DNA of 57,765 nt from Gemmatimonadales bacterium (GCA_039794085.1 JBDIWC010000025.1:1-57765); one strand, 5' to 3'. Shown: positions 37,868-50,560, counted from the first letter of the stretch. The notes: generated by a model from the letters alone, not told the origin. Made by a program: numbers and translations.

Positions 37868-38418
37868 ACGGCAACCTCCTCGCCCAGCCAGGACCGCAGG
37901 CGGGCATGCGCCCGCGAGAGCTGGGACTTTGAAAAACTCGCCGTCCGGTCCATCATGGCGGCGATCTCCTCGTGCGTGTACCCCTCCACATCGTGCAGCC
38001 AGACCACGGCCCGCGTGGTCGTTCCGAGCCTCTCGAGAGCCGCCTCCAGGTCCATCCGGAGGGCGGTGTCCTCCTGGCGGCGGGCGGGTGGGTCTTCGGG
38101 GAGCTCATCGGCGTCGCGGTACTTGTTGCGCCGAAGTCGCATCAGCGCCTTGCTGGCGGCGATGGTCCTGATCCACCCCCAGAGACTCCCGTCGCCCCGG
38201 AAACGCCGAAGACTGCGGAAGACCTCCAGGAAGGTTTCCTGGAGAACGTCCTCCGCGTCCTCCACGGTCCGGCAGATCCGCCGGGCCAGATTGTATACCG
38301 GGGCCTCGTAGGCCCGGTAGATCGCTTCCTGAGCCGCGGGATCGCCCGCAATGGCCCGGGGAACGACCGCTTCATCCGCCAGCGGCATTGCGTCCATGAA
38401 AATCGCCCGTGTCGTCAC
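37864..38418 (-). CDS. ECF sigma factor
   Basis: DAEDVLQETF; WIRTI; LHDVEGYTHEEIA…SKSQLSRA; start is 38418 or 38397. Confidence 0.92.
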   Translation of the reverse strand: MTTRAIFMDAMPLADEAVVPRAIAGDPAAQEAIYRAYEAPVYNLARRICRTVEDAEDVLQETFLEVFRSLRRFRGDGSLWGWIRTIAASKALMRLRRNKYRDADELPEDPPARRQEDTALRMDLEAALERLGTTTRAVVWLHDVEGYTHEEIAAMMDRTASFSKSQLSRAHARLRSWLGEEVAV

Positions 38419-38496
38419 ACCCGATAAGATGCACCGGGGGAGGGGAAGGTCGCAGCCCCCCCGCCCCCCCGTCCCCGCTCCCCCCCCAGGGAATTT

Positions 38497-38579
38497 TAGG
38501 ACTTAGGACTTAGGACTTAGGACTTAGCTATGTCCTATGTCCTATGTCCTATGTCCTATGTCCTATGTCCTATGTCCTA
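38497..38579. repeat. Inverted heptamer arrays (taggact)4 / (tgtccta)7
   Basis: Counted directly; tgtccta is the near reverse complement of taggact. Confidence 0.92.
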
Positions 38580-38598
38580 CGCATGTATACTTCCGCCC

Positions 38599-39732
38599 AT
38601 GACACCTGTCCCCGCCCAATGGGCGCATCACCTTCAGGATGAAGCGGATGCGGCCTTTCTCTACCGCCAGCTTGCCGACCTGGAGCCTAACCGGGAGCGG
38701 GCGGAGATCTATCGGGAGCTGGCCCACGTCGAAGATCGCCATGTCGTTGTCTGGAAAGAGCTTATAGAAAAAGAGACGGGGACGAGTCCTACCGCGCCGG
38801 CACCGGGGTTTCGGGCCCGCACCATGGCCCGGCTGGCGCAGTGGTTTGGTCCGGGTCTCCTCCTCCCCTTGCTGCTCGAGGAAGAGGGTCGGGAAGTCAA
38901 GAGTTACCTCGCGCTCTATCAGGGGGCACCGGGGTCTCCGACGGCGCCGGCGGCGCTGAAGTTGGCCCGGGAATCGAAGGCCCACGCGGGGCGACTGGCG
39001 GGTCTCGTAGCCGGGGGCGAGGTGGATACGGCGGGACGGGAGCCGTGGCACAAGACGGGGGCCGGTGGGGTCCTTCGGAATGTCGTGTACGGGTTCAACG
39101 ACGGTCTTACGGCCAACTTCGGTCTCCTGGCGGGCATGGTCGGTGCCCAGGCCACGCTCGGCACCGGGGATCACGTGGTGCTGGCGGGGCTCGCGGGGAT
39201 GGTGGCCGATGCCCTGTCCATGGGATCGAGCGGGTACCTCGCCGCGCGCAGCGAACGGGAGGTGTACGCGTACGAAATCTCGATGGAAGCCGAGGAGATC
39301 CGGCTCATGCCGGAGCTGGAGCAGGAGGAGTTGCGGCTGATCTACCGGGCCAAGGGCATTCCGGAGGCGGACGCGACCCGTTTGGCGGCCGCGGTGATGG
39401 CCGATCCGGAGCGGGCCCTCACCGAAAAGACCCGGGAAGAACTCGGCATCGCCGAGGCGACCAGCACCCCGATGCGGGAAGCGCTGATCACCGGGGCCGC
39501 GACGGCATTCGGGGCCTTCATTCCGGTCGCGCCCCTGCTGGTGAGCACCGCCCCGTGGGCCATCTGGACCTCCTTTGCAGTTGCCATGGCGAGTCACTTC
39601 CTGGTGGGCGCGGCCCGCAGCCTCCTCACGGGGCGGGGAATCATCCGCAGCGGAATGGACATGTTCCTGGTGGGTCTCGGCGTGGCCGTGGCGGGGTATT
39701 TTCTGGGAGACTGGATCGTGCGGATTCTCTGA
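38599..39732 (+). CDS. VIT1/CCC1 transporter with N-terminal ferritin/rubrerythrin-like domain
   Basis: DE…Y…EDRH; LRNVVYGFNDGLTANF; ALSMGSSGYL. Confidence 0.9.
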   Translation: MTPVPAQWAHHLQDEADAAFLYRQLADLEPNRERAEIYRELAHVEDRHVVVWKELIEKETGTSPTAPAPGFRARTMARLAQWFGPGLLLPLLLEEEGREVKSYLALYQGAPGSPTAPAALKLARESKAHAGRLAGLVAGGEVDTAGREPWHKTGAGGVLRNVVYGFNDGLTANFGLLAGMVGAQATLGTGDHVVLAGLAGMVADALSMGSSGYLAARSEREVYAYEISMEAEEIRLMPELEQEELRLIYRAKGIPEADATRLAAAVMADPERALTEKTREELGIAEATSTPMREALITGAATAFGAFIPVAPLLVSTAPWAIWTSFAVAMASHFLVGAARSLLTGRGIIRSGMDMFLVGLGVAVAGYFLGDWIVRIL

Positions 39733-41237
39733 TGCCTGTACCGATGACGACGCGGGATGACACGATGCTGGCCCGCCTGAGGACGCTCGAAGCGGAGGCC
39801 CGCGCGCTGGAACCTGAAGGGGAGGAGCGGGAGAGACTTCGCGCGGCGGTGAGCGCCTATGCGGACCGGTTTCTCGATGCGCTCCCCGACTCCCCGGCCT
39901 ATGTGGAGGGCGATCAGGGGGCCGGCATTCTGGGGTTCCTGCCCCGGGAAGAACCGGCCCCGGTGGAGGATCTCCTCGCCCTTCTCGGCACCTCGGTGGA
40001 CCAGCCGGGGATCAACCCCGCGAGCGGACGCCACCTCGGGTACATCCCGGGCGGGGGAGTCTACACCTCGGCGCTGGGCGACTACCTCGCCGATGTCACC
40101 AATCGGTATTCCGGGGTATTCTTTGCCTCGCCGGGGGCGGTGCGCATGGAGCATGAGCTCCTGCGGTGGCTCGCCGGGGTGGTCGGATTTCCCGAGACCT
40201 CTGCGGGAACCCTCACCAGCGGTGGCAGCATCGCCAACCTGGTGGCGGTGGTGACGGCACGGGAGTCGGCCGGTCTCCGGGCCAACGCCGTGTCGCGAGC
40301 GGTGGTGTACCGCTCGGTGCATGCGCATCATTGTCTCGACAAGGCCCTCCGGATTGCGGGGCTCGGGGAGGTGGTGGTTCGGGATCTTCCCGTGGACGGA
40401 CACTATCGGATCCGACCGGATGCGGCGCGCGAGCAGGTCCAGGCCGACCGCGCGACGGGTCTGGTTCCGTGGCTGCTCATCGCCTCGGCGGGCACGACCG
40501 ACACCGGATCCATCGATCCGCTGGGTCCCCTCGCCGATCTCGCGGCGGACGAGGGGCTCTGGTACCATGTCGACGGGGCGTACGGGGCTCTCTTTGCGCT
40601 CACGGACCAAGGTCGAGAGCGTCTCGCCGGGATGGAACGGGCCGACTCGCTGGTCCTCGATCCGCACAAGACCCTCTTCCTTCCGTACGGCACCGGCGTC
40701 GTGCTCATTCGCGATCCGGAGCCACTCCGCCAGGCGCATCGGTACCACGCCCATTACATGCAGGACGCCGCCCGGGTCTCGGACGCCTGGTCTCCGGCCG
40801 ATCTCTCGCCCGAGTTGACGAGGCCCTTCCGCGGGCTCCGGCTCTGGCTGCCGCTCCATCTGCATGGACTGGCGCCCTTTCGGGCTGCCCTCGAAGAAAA
40901 GCTGCTGCTGGCGCAGTATGCCCACCGGCGCCTTGCCGAGGAGGGATTCTCCGTGGGTCCCGAGCCCGACCTGTCCGTGGTTACTTTCCGCTGGGAGGCC
41001 CCAAGAGGGGACGACACCAGAGCCGACCGGGTCAACCGGCGGATTCTCGACCGGGTGCTGGCCGATGGGCGCGTGTTCCTGTCGTCCACCCTTCTCGATG
41101 GCCGGTTCACCCTGCGGTTTGCCATCGTGGTGCACCGGACCCACCGGGCGGAAATCGATCTGGCCCTGGCGATGGTGTCGGAGGCGCTGCGGGCCTCGGT
41201 GCAGGATCTACCTGGGAGTGAAAGCCATGAATCGTGA
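39732..41237 (+). CDS. Group II PLP-dependent decarboxylase
   Basis: SGGSIAN; AGTTDTGSID; HVDGAYG; DPHK (PLP lysine); ELTRPFR. Confidence 0.9.
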   Translation: MPVPMTTRDDTMLARLRTLEAEARALEPEGEERERLRAAVSAYADRFLDALPDSPAYVEGDQGAGILGFLPREEPAPVEDLLALLGTSVDQPGINPASGRHLGYIPGGGVYTSALGDYLADVTNRYSGVFFASPGAVRMEHELLRWLAGVVGFPETSAGTLTSGGSIANLVAVVTARESAGLRANAVSRAVVYRSVHAHHCLDKALRIAGLGEVVVRDLPVDGHYRIRPDAAREQVQADRATGLVPWLLIASAGTTDTGSIDPLGPLADLAADEGLWYHVDGAYGALFALTDQGRERLAGMERADSLVLDPHKTLFLPYGTGVVLIRDPEPLRQAHRYHAHYMQDAARVSDAWSPADLSPELTRPFRGLRLWLPLHLHGLAPFRAALEEKLLLAQYAHRRLAEEGFSVGPEPDLSVVTFRWEAPRGDDTRADRVNRRILDRVLADGRVFLSSTLLDGRFTLRFAIVVHRTHRAEIDLALAMVSEALRASVQDLPGSESHES

Positions 41238-41688
41238 GTCGACGGCGCTGCCCCCTGCCGAGGATCTGGGCGGGATCCATGTGCTCCGCGGGAGCGGGGA
41301 GTGCCGGGGATGGAACGGAATCCGGTACAAGGCGGGGATCAGCGGGAGCAACGTCGGAGCGCGGCAGCTCTCGATGAATGTCGCCACGATTCCGCCAGGC
41401 GGGGTGGCCGCGGCCCACATTCACGTCGGCTTCGAGGTGATGCTCTACATCCTGCAGGGCCGGGTTCGTCACGAATACGGGGAGGGGTGTCGGCAGGTGG
41501 TGGAGAACGTGGCGGGGGATTTCATCTTCATCGAACCGGGGGTTCCGCACGAAGTGTTCAACGTGAGCGACTCCGAACCGGTCGTGGCCGTAGTCGCTCG
41601 CTCGGACGCCTCGGAGTGGGAACATATCGTCGGCTATGACCGGGCGCAGGCGGGGGCCGTCGCTTCCGGGGAGGGGGAAGGGGCATGA
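41227..41688 (+). CDS. Cupin-domain protein
   Basis: AHIH…E; GDFIFIEPGVPH. Confidence 0.85.
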   Translation: MNRESTALPPAEDLGGIHVLRGSGECRGWNGIRYKAGISGSNVGARQLSMNVATIPPGGVAAAHIHVGFEVMLYILQGRVRHEYGEGCRQVVENVAGDFIFIEPGVPHEVFNVSDSEPVVAVVARSDASEWEHIVGYDRAQAGAVASGEGEGA

Positions 41689-42461
41689 CACCCTGGGTGA
41701 TCCGGCTTCTGTTCCTCAATATCGCAGCCTTTTTCCTGCAGCAACTTGCCGCGGGCTTCACCCAACTGTTCGTGTTCTACGCCGCTCCGATTTCGCTGGT
41801 CTTCCGCCCGTGGACCTTGGTGACCTATCAGTTCCTGCATGGGGGCCTCGGGCATCTCTTCTTCAACATGCTCTCGCTCTTCTTTTTCGGGCCGCGGCTG
41901 GAGGCCAAGCTCGGGAGCCGTCGGTTCATCCTGCTCTACCTGTTGAGCGGGATCACCGGGGCCCTGGTCTCCATTCCCTTCAGCCCCGGCATCTTCATCA
42001 TCGGGGCCTCCGGGGCGGTCTTCGGTGTGCTGCTCGGATTTGCCCGCTACTGGCCCCGGGACCAGATCCTGATCTGGGGAGTTCTCCCGGTGGAGGCGCG
42101 CTGGATGGTGGTGGGGATGACGGTGCTCTCCCTCTGGAGCGGCTTCGGGGGTGGTGGCGGAGGAATCGCCCACTTTGCCCATCTGGGTGGATTCCTCGGC
42201 GGGTTCCTCTACCTCCGGTGGATCGAGACGCACACCCCCCAGGCCGAGTGGCAGCAGAAGCTCAAACCGAAAACGTCTCCCCTCGAAACTGCCACCGCCG
42301 CTCTGGCCCGATGGTCGCGCATTCAGCGCGAGGAGCTGCATGAGGTGAACCGGGCGGAACTGGACCGGATCCTCGACAAGATCAGCCGGTCAGGGATGTC
42401 GAGCCTGACCCCGGCGGACCGGGAATTTCTCGACCGGTTCAGCGCCCAGCGTTCCCCCTAG
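41685..42461 (+). CDS. Rhomboid intramembrane serine protease
   Basis: FLHG…HLFFNM; GASG; AHLGG; C-terminal LDRILDKI. Confidence 0.93.
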   Translation: MTPWVIRLLFLNIAAFFLQQLAAGFTQLFVFYAAPISLVFRPWTLVTYQFLHGGLGHLFFNMLSLFFFGPRLEAKLGSRRFILLYLLSGITGALVSIPFSPGIFIIGASGAVFGVLLGFARYWPRDQILIWGVLPVEARWMVVGMTVLSLWSGFGGGGGGIAHFAHLGGFLGGFLYLRWIETHTPQAEWQQKLKPKTSPLETATAALARWSRIQREELHEVNRAELDRILDKISRSGMSSLTPADREFLDRFSAQRSP

Positions 42462-42466
42462 GGTTC

Positions 42467-42623
42467 AGGACGGAGGACCGAGGACAGAGGACTTGTCATA
42501 AGGTTCTTCTCCAATTCCCGCGCAAGCGGCATGGCCGAAGCGCGGTAGACTTGACCGCTTGGAGACGCCGGATGGGTTCCCCTGCCCAGGGAACAACATC
42601 CTGTCAATCCTGTTCATCCTGTC
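42467..42623. repeat. Short heptamer tract (aggacNN x4) and 9-mer tract (atcctgt x3)
   Basis: aggacgg aggaccg aggacag aggactt (42467-42494); catcctgtcaatcctgttcatcctgtc (~42597-42623). Confidence 0.7.
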
Positions 42624-42853
42624 AAAAAAATACTCGTTCACCAAGGGTCGGATGGCTCCACCACATTCCCAACGGCCGTCAAGCACTTTGGCGGGTTATT
42701 CCCGAATCAGCCCTGACGTGATAGACTAGGGGAGATGCCCTGCCACCGACCCGGGCGATCCCCGATCTGTCCGGACCATGGTCGTCCCTCCTTGCGCAAT
42801 CCGAGGACGAATGCCGTCATGACTGGCCCATCGATCAGCCTGTTTCTCCGCTC

Positions 42854-43396
42854 ATGACGGAGCCCGGTGCCATGGAGCGCGACCGGCAGGCGCTCGATTC
42901 CCTGTTCAGTGTGGCCTACGAGGAGCTTCGGCGCCTGGCTTCCGCCATCCGGTCCGACGATGCCTCGGCCACGATCAGTCCCACGGCCCTGGTGAACGAA
43001 GCCTGGCTCAAGCTGGCCGGGAGCAGGGGTTTCGCCGATCTCTCTCCGCTCCATTTCAAGCGGATCGCGGCCCGGGCCATGCGGCAGGTTCTCATCGAGG
43101 CGGCGCGCAAGCGCTTTGCCCGGAAGCGCGGAGGCCGGGATGTGGCCCTGGTGACGTTTGATGACGCGGTGGGGGCCACGGTCTCGTCGGCGTCCGAGTT
43201 GCTCGCACTGGATGCGGCACTCCAGGACCTGGCCCGGCTGAGCCCGCGCCAGGCCACCCTCGTGGAGAGCCGGTTCTTCGGTGGTCTCGGCATCGCCGAG
43301 GTGGCTGACATGCTCGGGGTGTCGGAGGCGACCGCCCATCGCGACTGGCGGGCGGCCCGGGCGTGGCTGGCGCGAGAGCTCCAGTCGGGCACCTGA
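42854..43396 (+). CDS. ECF sigma factor, kinase-associated type
   Basis: YEELRRLA; PTALVNEAWLKL; AMRQVL; RFFGGL; RDWRAARAWL. Confidence 0.9.
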   Translation: MTEPGAMERDRQALDSLFSVAYEELRRLASAIRSDDASATISPTALVNEAWLKLAGSRGFADLSPLHFKRIAARAMRQVLIEAARKRFARKRGGRDVALVTFDDAVGATVSSASELLALDAALQDLARLSPRQATLVESRFFGGLGIAEVADMLGVSEATAHRDWRAARAWLARELQSGT

Positions 43397-43421
43397 TCAT
43401 TTCCTTGCCCACGAGGTGGAC

Positions 43422-46076
<2,655 letters not shown>

Positions 46077-46137
46077 GGAGAGGGTGGGATAAAGTGCGGG
46101 CACGAAATTGAGAACTCACCTCCACAGGAGCAGTCGC

Positions 46138-48369
46138 ATGTCCCTCCGCCCCTTCCTCCTTCTCGCGGCGTTGACGATACTGCCGGTGCGCCCGGTAGAA
46201 AGCCAGGATGAGGGGCGTGCCTTCACCACCCACGACGCGCTCGATGTTCGATCGGTCCGGATCGCGGGCGTGACGCCGGATGGCCGATGGGTGGCGGCCA
46301 CGTCCCAGACCCGGCGGGACCGCTCGGGGGTGGACCACTTCCGCTTCGGAGACCCGACCTATGTCGCGCCATCCACGAGCGAGTTGCTGGTGATCGAAAC
46401 GCGCACGGGACGAGCGCGGTCAGTCTTCCCGGGCCGGGAACAGCTCCGGGAGGGAACCTGGTCGCCGGATGGATCCCGGCTCGCCATGTTCCGGCTCGTG
46501 GAGGGCCATTACCAGCTCGAGATCCATTCGCCGGAAACGGGGCGGGTGCGTCCGGTGGCGCTGCGAACCCCGCGCAGAATTTCCGAGCAGTCCCCCCTGG
46601 TCTGGTCCCCGGACGGGACCGCCATCCTTCTGACCCTTCGGCCCGAGGGGTGGGCCGATTCGGCGCGGCGGGCCTTCCTCGACCTGACGGAGGGACCGGT
46701 CGTGGTGCAGGATTCCCGGAACGATTTTCTCGACTGGGACCGGGTGCGGAACCTGGCCCGCCGGGAGGTTCCGGTTCTCGTCACCGTCGCCGACGGATCG
46801 ATTCGGGACCTTCCGGCTCTTTCCTCGGCGCCGCAGGGAGTCCGGTTCTCGCCGGACGGAGGGACCCTGGTCTATGGCCTGACGGAGCCGAAGCGTACCT
46901 CCTACACGCGGTCGGCGGGGACGGAGTACGGATTCTACCGCCTCCATCCCGCCAGCGGGGTGATCGACACGGTGGTGAAACCCACGGAACGCCGCGTCAC
47001 CGGGGAGTGGAACCGGGCGGCGACGGCGCTGGCGTGGGGCGACCGGGGGAATGTCTTCCTCTGGAGGGAGGGTGCGGACAGCGCCCGGAACCTCACGGCT
47101 TTCCACCGTGCACCTCTGTCCGCCACCGACACCACGAAACTCCGCTTCACCCTGGAGCGATGGAGCCCCACGGGCGACGCCCTCCTCGTGAGGTCCCAGC
47201 GCGGGTTCCACGTTCTCGATCCCGCGACCGGCGCACTCCGGACCGCCCTCGAGTTCGCGGGACCGGAGGAGGCCCGCCCGCGGCTCGCGGTGCAGGGATG
47301 GAGCCCCGACGGGCGCTCGGTCTATCTCAGCATGTCGGAACGGGACCGGTGGGCCCGGGGATTGGCCCGCCTCGATCTGGAGACGGGCCGCCTGGAGGAC
47401 CTGCGACGCGATGCCCATGTGTACGGAGACTGGACCGTGTCGGAGGATGGACGCACGGTGGTGTTCCGCATGTCCGACGGCAACCGCCCCGACGACCTGC
47501 ACGTGGCCGACATCGGCTTTTCCCAAGTGCGGCGGCTCACCGACCTGAACCCTCAGCTCGCCGAGGTGGCCCTGGCCCGGACCGAGCTCGTGCCCTATCG
47601 CGATGTGGACGGCAATACGCTCTACGGAATACTCTACTATCCCCGGGACTATGCTCCGGGAAAGCGCTACCCGCTGGTGGCGGAGATCTACGAGGAGTTC
47701 TTCGACAACGGCTACAACGAGAACATGAACCTGGTGACGGCCCGCGGCTGGTTCGGTTTCCGGCCCTCGGTCCGGTTCGAAACGGGCTACCCCGGCGAGG
47801 CCTGGCTCAAGGGCGTCCCCAACGCGATCAACGCCCTGATCGAGCGGGGCCTGGTGGACGAGAAACAGGTGGGAGTCTACGGCCAGAGCTACGGCGGGTA
47901 CGCGGTGAATCTTCTGGTCACCCAGACCGATCGGTTCGCCGCCGCCGCCAACGTCTCCGGCAAGGTCAACATCATCTCCTTTCTGGGGGACAGCCCGCGC
48001 ATCACGACGCGGAACTACAACGCCGCGGAGGAGGGGCAGGACCGGATCGGGGCCACGCTCTGGGAACAGCCGCAGAAGTACGTCGCCACCTCGGCGGTGA
48101 TGTTTGCCGACCGGATCAAGACGCCGTTGCTTCTCCTCTCCGGCGAGGGGGACTGGAACGTGCCCGCCACCAATCAGCGGGAGATGTACTACGCCCTGCG
48201 GCGGCTCGGGAAGGAGGTCGTGTGGGTCAACTACATGAAGGGGGGACACGGAGCCGGCCGGGCCAGTGACGCCGCCGATTTTGCCGACCACTGGACCCGG
48301 CTGCTGGACTGGATGGGGGACCACTTCGCCAAGGCCGTGAAACCGGCCGGCGAACAGGCCGACCGCTGA
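46138..48369 (+). CDS. S9 prolyl oligopeptidase-family peptidase
   Basis: Signal peptide; WSPDG blades; GQSYGG; GEGD; GGH. Confidence 0.92.
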   Translation: MSLRPFLLLAALTILPVRPVESQDEGRAFTTHDALDVRSVRIAGVTPDGRWVAATSQTRRDRSGVDHFRFGDPTYVAPSTSELLVIETRTGRARSVFPGREQLREGTWSPDGSRLAMFRLVEGHYQLEIHSPETGRVRPVALRTPRRISEQSPLVWSPDGTAILLTLRPEGWADSARRAFLDLTEGPVVVQDSRNDFLDWDRVRNLARREVPVLVTVADGSIRDLPALSSAPQGVRFSPDGGTLVYGLTEPKRTSYTRSAGTEYGFYRLHPASGVIDTVVKPTERRVTGEWNRAATALAWGDRGNVFLWREGADSARNLTAFHRAPLSATDTTKLRFTLERWSPTGDALLVRSQRGFHVLDPATGALRTALEFAGPEEARPRLAVQGWSPDGRSVYLSMSERDRWARGLARLDLETGRLEDLRRDAHVYGDWTVSEDGRTVVFRMSDGNRPDDLHVADIGFSQVRRLTDLNPQLAEVALARTELVPYRDVDGNTLYGILYYPRDYAPGKRYPLVAEIYEEFFDNGYNENMNLVTARGWFGFRPSVRFETGYPGEAWLKGVPNAINALIERGLVDEKQVGVYGQSYGGYAVNLLVTQTDRFAAAANVSGKVNIISFLGDSPRITTRNYNAAEEGQDRIGATLWEQPQKYVATSAVMFADRIKTPLLLLSGEGDWNVPATNQREMYYALRRLGKEVVWVNYMKGGHGAGRASDAADFADHWTRLLDWMGDHFAKAVKPAGEQADR

Positions 48370-48391
48370 CCGGAACGGACGGGACTTCCGG

Positions 48392-49645
48392 TCAGCGCGG
48401 GGAGGACAGGTGCAGCCGGGCCACGCGTTCCACGCCCAGACTGTCGGTGACGACTGCCCAGGCGGTGTCTCCCCGGAAGAACGGGGCGGGGTACTCCCGC
48501 AGTTCCGGAGGAACCTTCACCACCGCGAGCCAGCGCCCCGTGGTATCGAACTGGTCGTACCCCATCGGTGACGTGTACACGACCTCCGGCCACCATGCGG
48601 GGCTGTTCTCCGGCGCCGGACCGCTGGTGCTCGGCTGGGAAGTTTTCACCCAGTACCGGCCGTCACTCCCCACGAGGATCTGACGCCAGGCCGGCTTGTG
48701 ATCGGGGACCGGGGGAGCGGTCCACCGCCAGTCGGGGTTGCGCTGGCGGAACTGGGCGGTGATGCCCCGGGTCCAGAACTCCCGCTCTGCCGGGCTCACC
48801 GGCACCGGTTCCCAGTCCCGGCCGATCCGGAGGACGGTGCCGTCGCTCCGCTCCACGTGGAACACATACTCCCGGTTGCATCCGACAACCAGACCTCCAT
48901 CCCGTCCGGGGACAACAGTCAGGGTCGGGGTGTGGACGACCGGGCGCGGTTGGGAGCCATCGTAGAGCGTGGCGGGACACGACTCGGCCTGGGCCGGTGG
49001 CACCTCGATGGTGTCCTGCACCGATCCGTCGGGGGAGAACCGGAGAAAGGAGGGAGGGGGCCAGGGATTCGATCCCTCGGGCTGGATGGCAACGAGCGTG
49101 GACCCATCCGGGAGCGGTCGCAGGGGAGGATCGCTGCGGACCTGGTGCCCCGCGAGACTCCAATGGGCCAGCGGAGTGCCCTCCCGACTGTACACGTTGA
49201 TCCGCCGGCTCGCGCCGTCGGGCACGAGGATCCGGCCGTCCCGGTGGATCGCCACAGCGGTCGCGTAGCGGAACTCTCCGGGGCCCGCTCCAGGCCCGCC
49301 GAAACGCCGCAGAAAAGTCCCGTCAGGGCCGAACACCCGGATCGTCGAACTGCCGCCATCCACCACATGAATGTTTCCCGCCGAATCGACACTGAGGGCC
49401 GACACACCGGAGAACGTGAGGGCCTCCTCGCCCTCCTCCACCCCGATCAGGAGGTCGGGGACGAGGAGGAGCGTGTCCGGCCGGGCCGGGACGGTGCTCC
49501 AGGCGATGGTGGTGTCCCCCGTCGTGGTCAGCGTAAACGGGGCGGAGGCTGAGGAGGTGCCGGCCGGGCCACACCCGATGAGCAGGAGCGGAGTCAGCAA
49601 ACCGAGGCTGTGGCGGACACCCTTCACCGGGGCACGAATGGTCAT
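48392..49645 (-). CDS. 6-bladed beta-propeller lipoprotein
   Basis: Lipobox LLIGC; FGGPGAGPGEF; GSDGRYWV; TDSLGVERV. Confidence 0.78.
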   Translation of the reverse strand: MTIRAPVKGVRHSLGLLTPLLLIGCGPAGTSSASAPFTLTTTGDTTIAWSTVPARPDTLLLVPDLLIGVEEGEEALTFSGVSALSVDSAGNIHVVDGGSSTIRVFGPDGTFLRRFGGPGAGPGEFRYATAVAIHRDGRILVPDGASRRINVYSREGTPLAHWSLAGHQVRSDPPLRPLPDGSTLVAIQPEGSNPWPPPSFLRFSPDGSVQDTIEVPPAQAESCPATLYDGSQPRPVVHTPTLTVVPGRDGGLVVGCNREYVFHVERSDGTVLRIGRDWEPVPVSPAEREFWTRGITAQFRQRNPDWRWTAPPVPDHKPAWRQILVGSDGRYWVKTSQPSTSGPAPENSPAWWPEVVYTSPMGYDQFDTTGRWLAVVKVPPELREYPAPFFRGDTAWAVVTDSLGVERVARLHLSSPR

Positions 49646-49756
49646 GGCTCGTTCGAAAGTAAGGATTTTCTCCCGATATGGAAGCGGAGGACGGCGCACG
49701 CACATCACCCTCCCCGGGCACCCCGGAGAGGGTGCATGGTGCCAGAGCGGGAAGGA

Positions 49757-50467
49757 TCACTTCGGCGTGAAGATCGCCCCGTTCACGTCCGCCGCCGAGG
49801 CCGTGATGAAGATCACGTTGTCACCCAGCTCGCCATTGCCCAGGAGGTTGTGGAAGCGCCCGGCGAGGGTGACCCGGTAGGTGGCCAGAGTGCAGTCCAC
49901 CCCCGCCGTACGGGAAGACCGGATCGGGCACGGGCCGCCGAGGTCCACCTGGGACATGCCACCCGACCCCGAGGTGGCCACCCAGGTGCGTCCGGTGCGC
50001 CGGTCGGACCAGGTGGCCCCTGCCCGCGACCGGCCCGCGTCGCTGCTCAGGTCGGCGATCGGGTAGCCGAGATCCCCGTTGTCCGAGGCGGTGGTGAGGC
50101 TGAGCACCGCATTCGGCCGGCCCGCCGTCCACGCCACCAGGGAACGGATCTCGACGGTTTCGCCGTTGTCGGCCACCCGGGTCTCGGTCTGCACGAACCC
50201 CAGATACTCGCTCGGAACGTCGTTGACGGTAACCGCCACGGGCGAAGGCGTGATGCCGTACCGGAGCGCGGACGCGGCGCCGGAGAACGCCCCGGCGGAG
50301 GGATGGTCACCGCGCTGGTTCGCCTCCTGCCCGGCCTGGGTCAGGGCAAACTCGACTTCCAGGTCGGGTTCCGCCACCGGCGCGGGGGCCAAGGCGTCCT
50401 CGGAGCAGGCGCCGAGGGAGAGGAGGCCAAGGAAAAGGGCCGTGGGACGAAGGAAAGAGGAACGCAT
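49757..50467 (-). CDS. Hypothetical lipoprotein
   Basis: AGGAG RBS; lipobox LSLGAC. Confidence 0.7.
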   Translation of the reverse strand: MRSSFLRPTALFLGLLSLGACSEDALAPAPVAEPDLEVEFALTQAGQEANQRGDHPSAGAFSGAASALRYGITPSPVAVTVNDVPSEYLGFVQTETRVADNGETVEIRSLVAWTAGRPNAVLSLTTASDNGDLGYPIADLSSDAGRSRAGATWSDRRTGRTWVATSGSGGMSQVDLGGPCPIRSSRTAGVDCTLATYRVTLAGRFHNLLGNGELGDNVIFITASAADVNGAIFTPK

Positions 50468-50521
50468 TGTCGACTCCTGGATCAAGGTGATCGTGCCGTC
50501 CGCCACGATGGCGGCTCCAGC

Positions 50522-50554
50522 ACAGGGACACCCGTCCCCGGAATCACCCTGACA
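50522..50554 (-). promoter_or_regulatory. Putative ECF promoter TGTCAGGGT-N14-GTGTCCCTGT
   Basis: Same motif and spacing as the copy upstream of fecR. Confidence 0.6.
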
Positions 50555-50560
50555 GGGGGG

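Noticed and set aside
38530..38598. MSYVLCP-repeat N-terminal extension of VIT1
   Set aside because: Derived from the tgtccta array; the TATACT box supports a start at 38599
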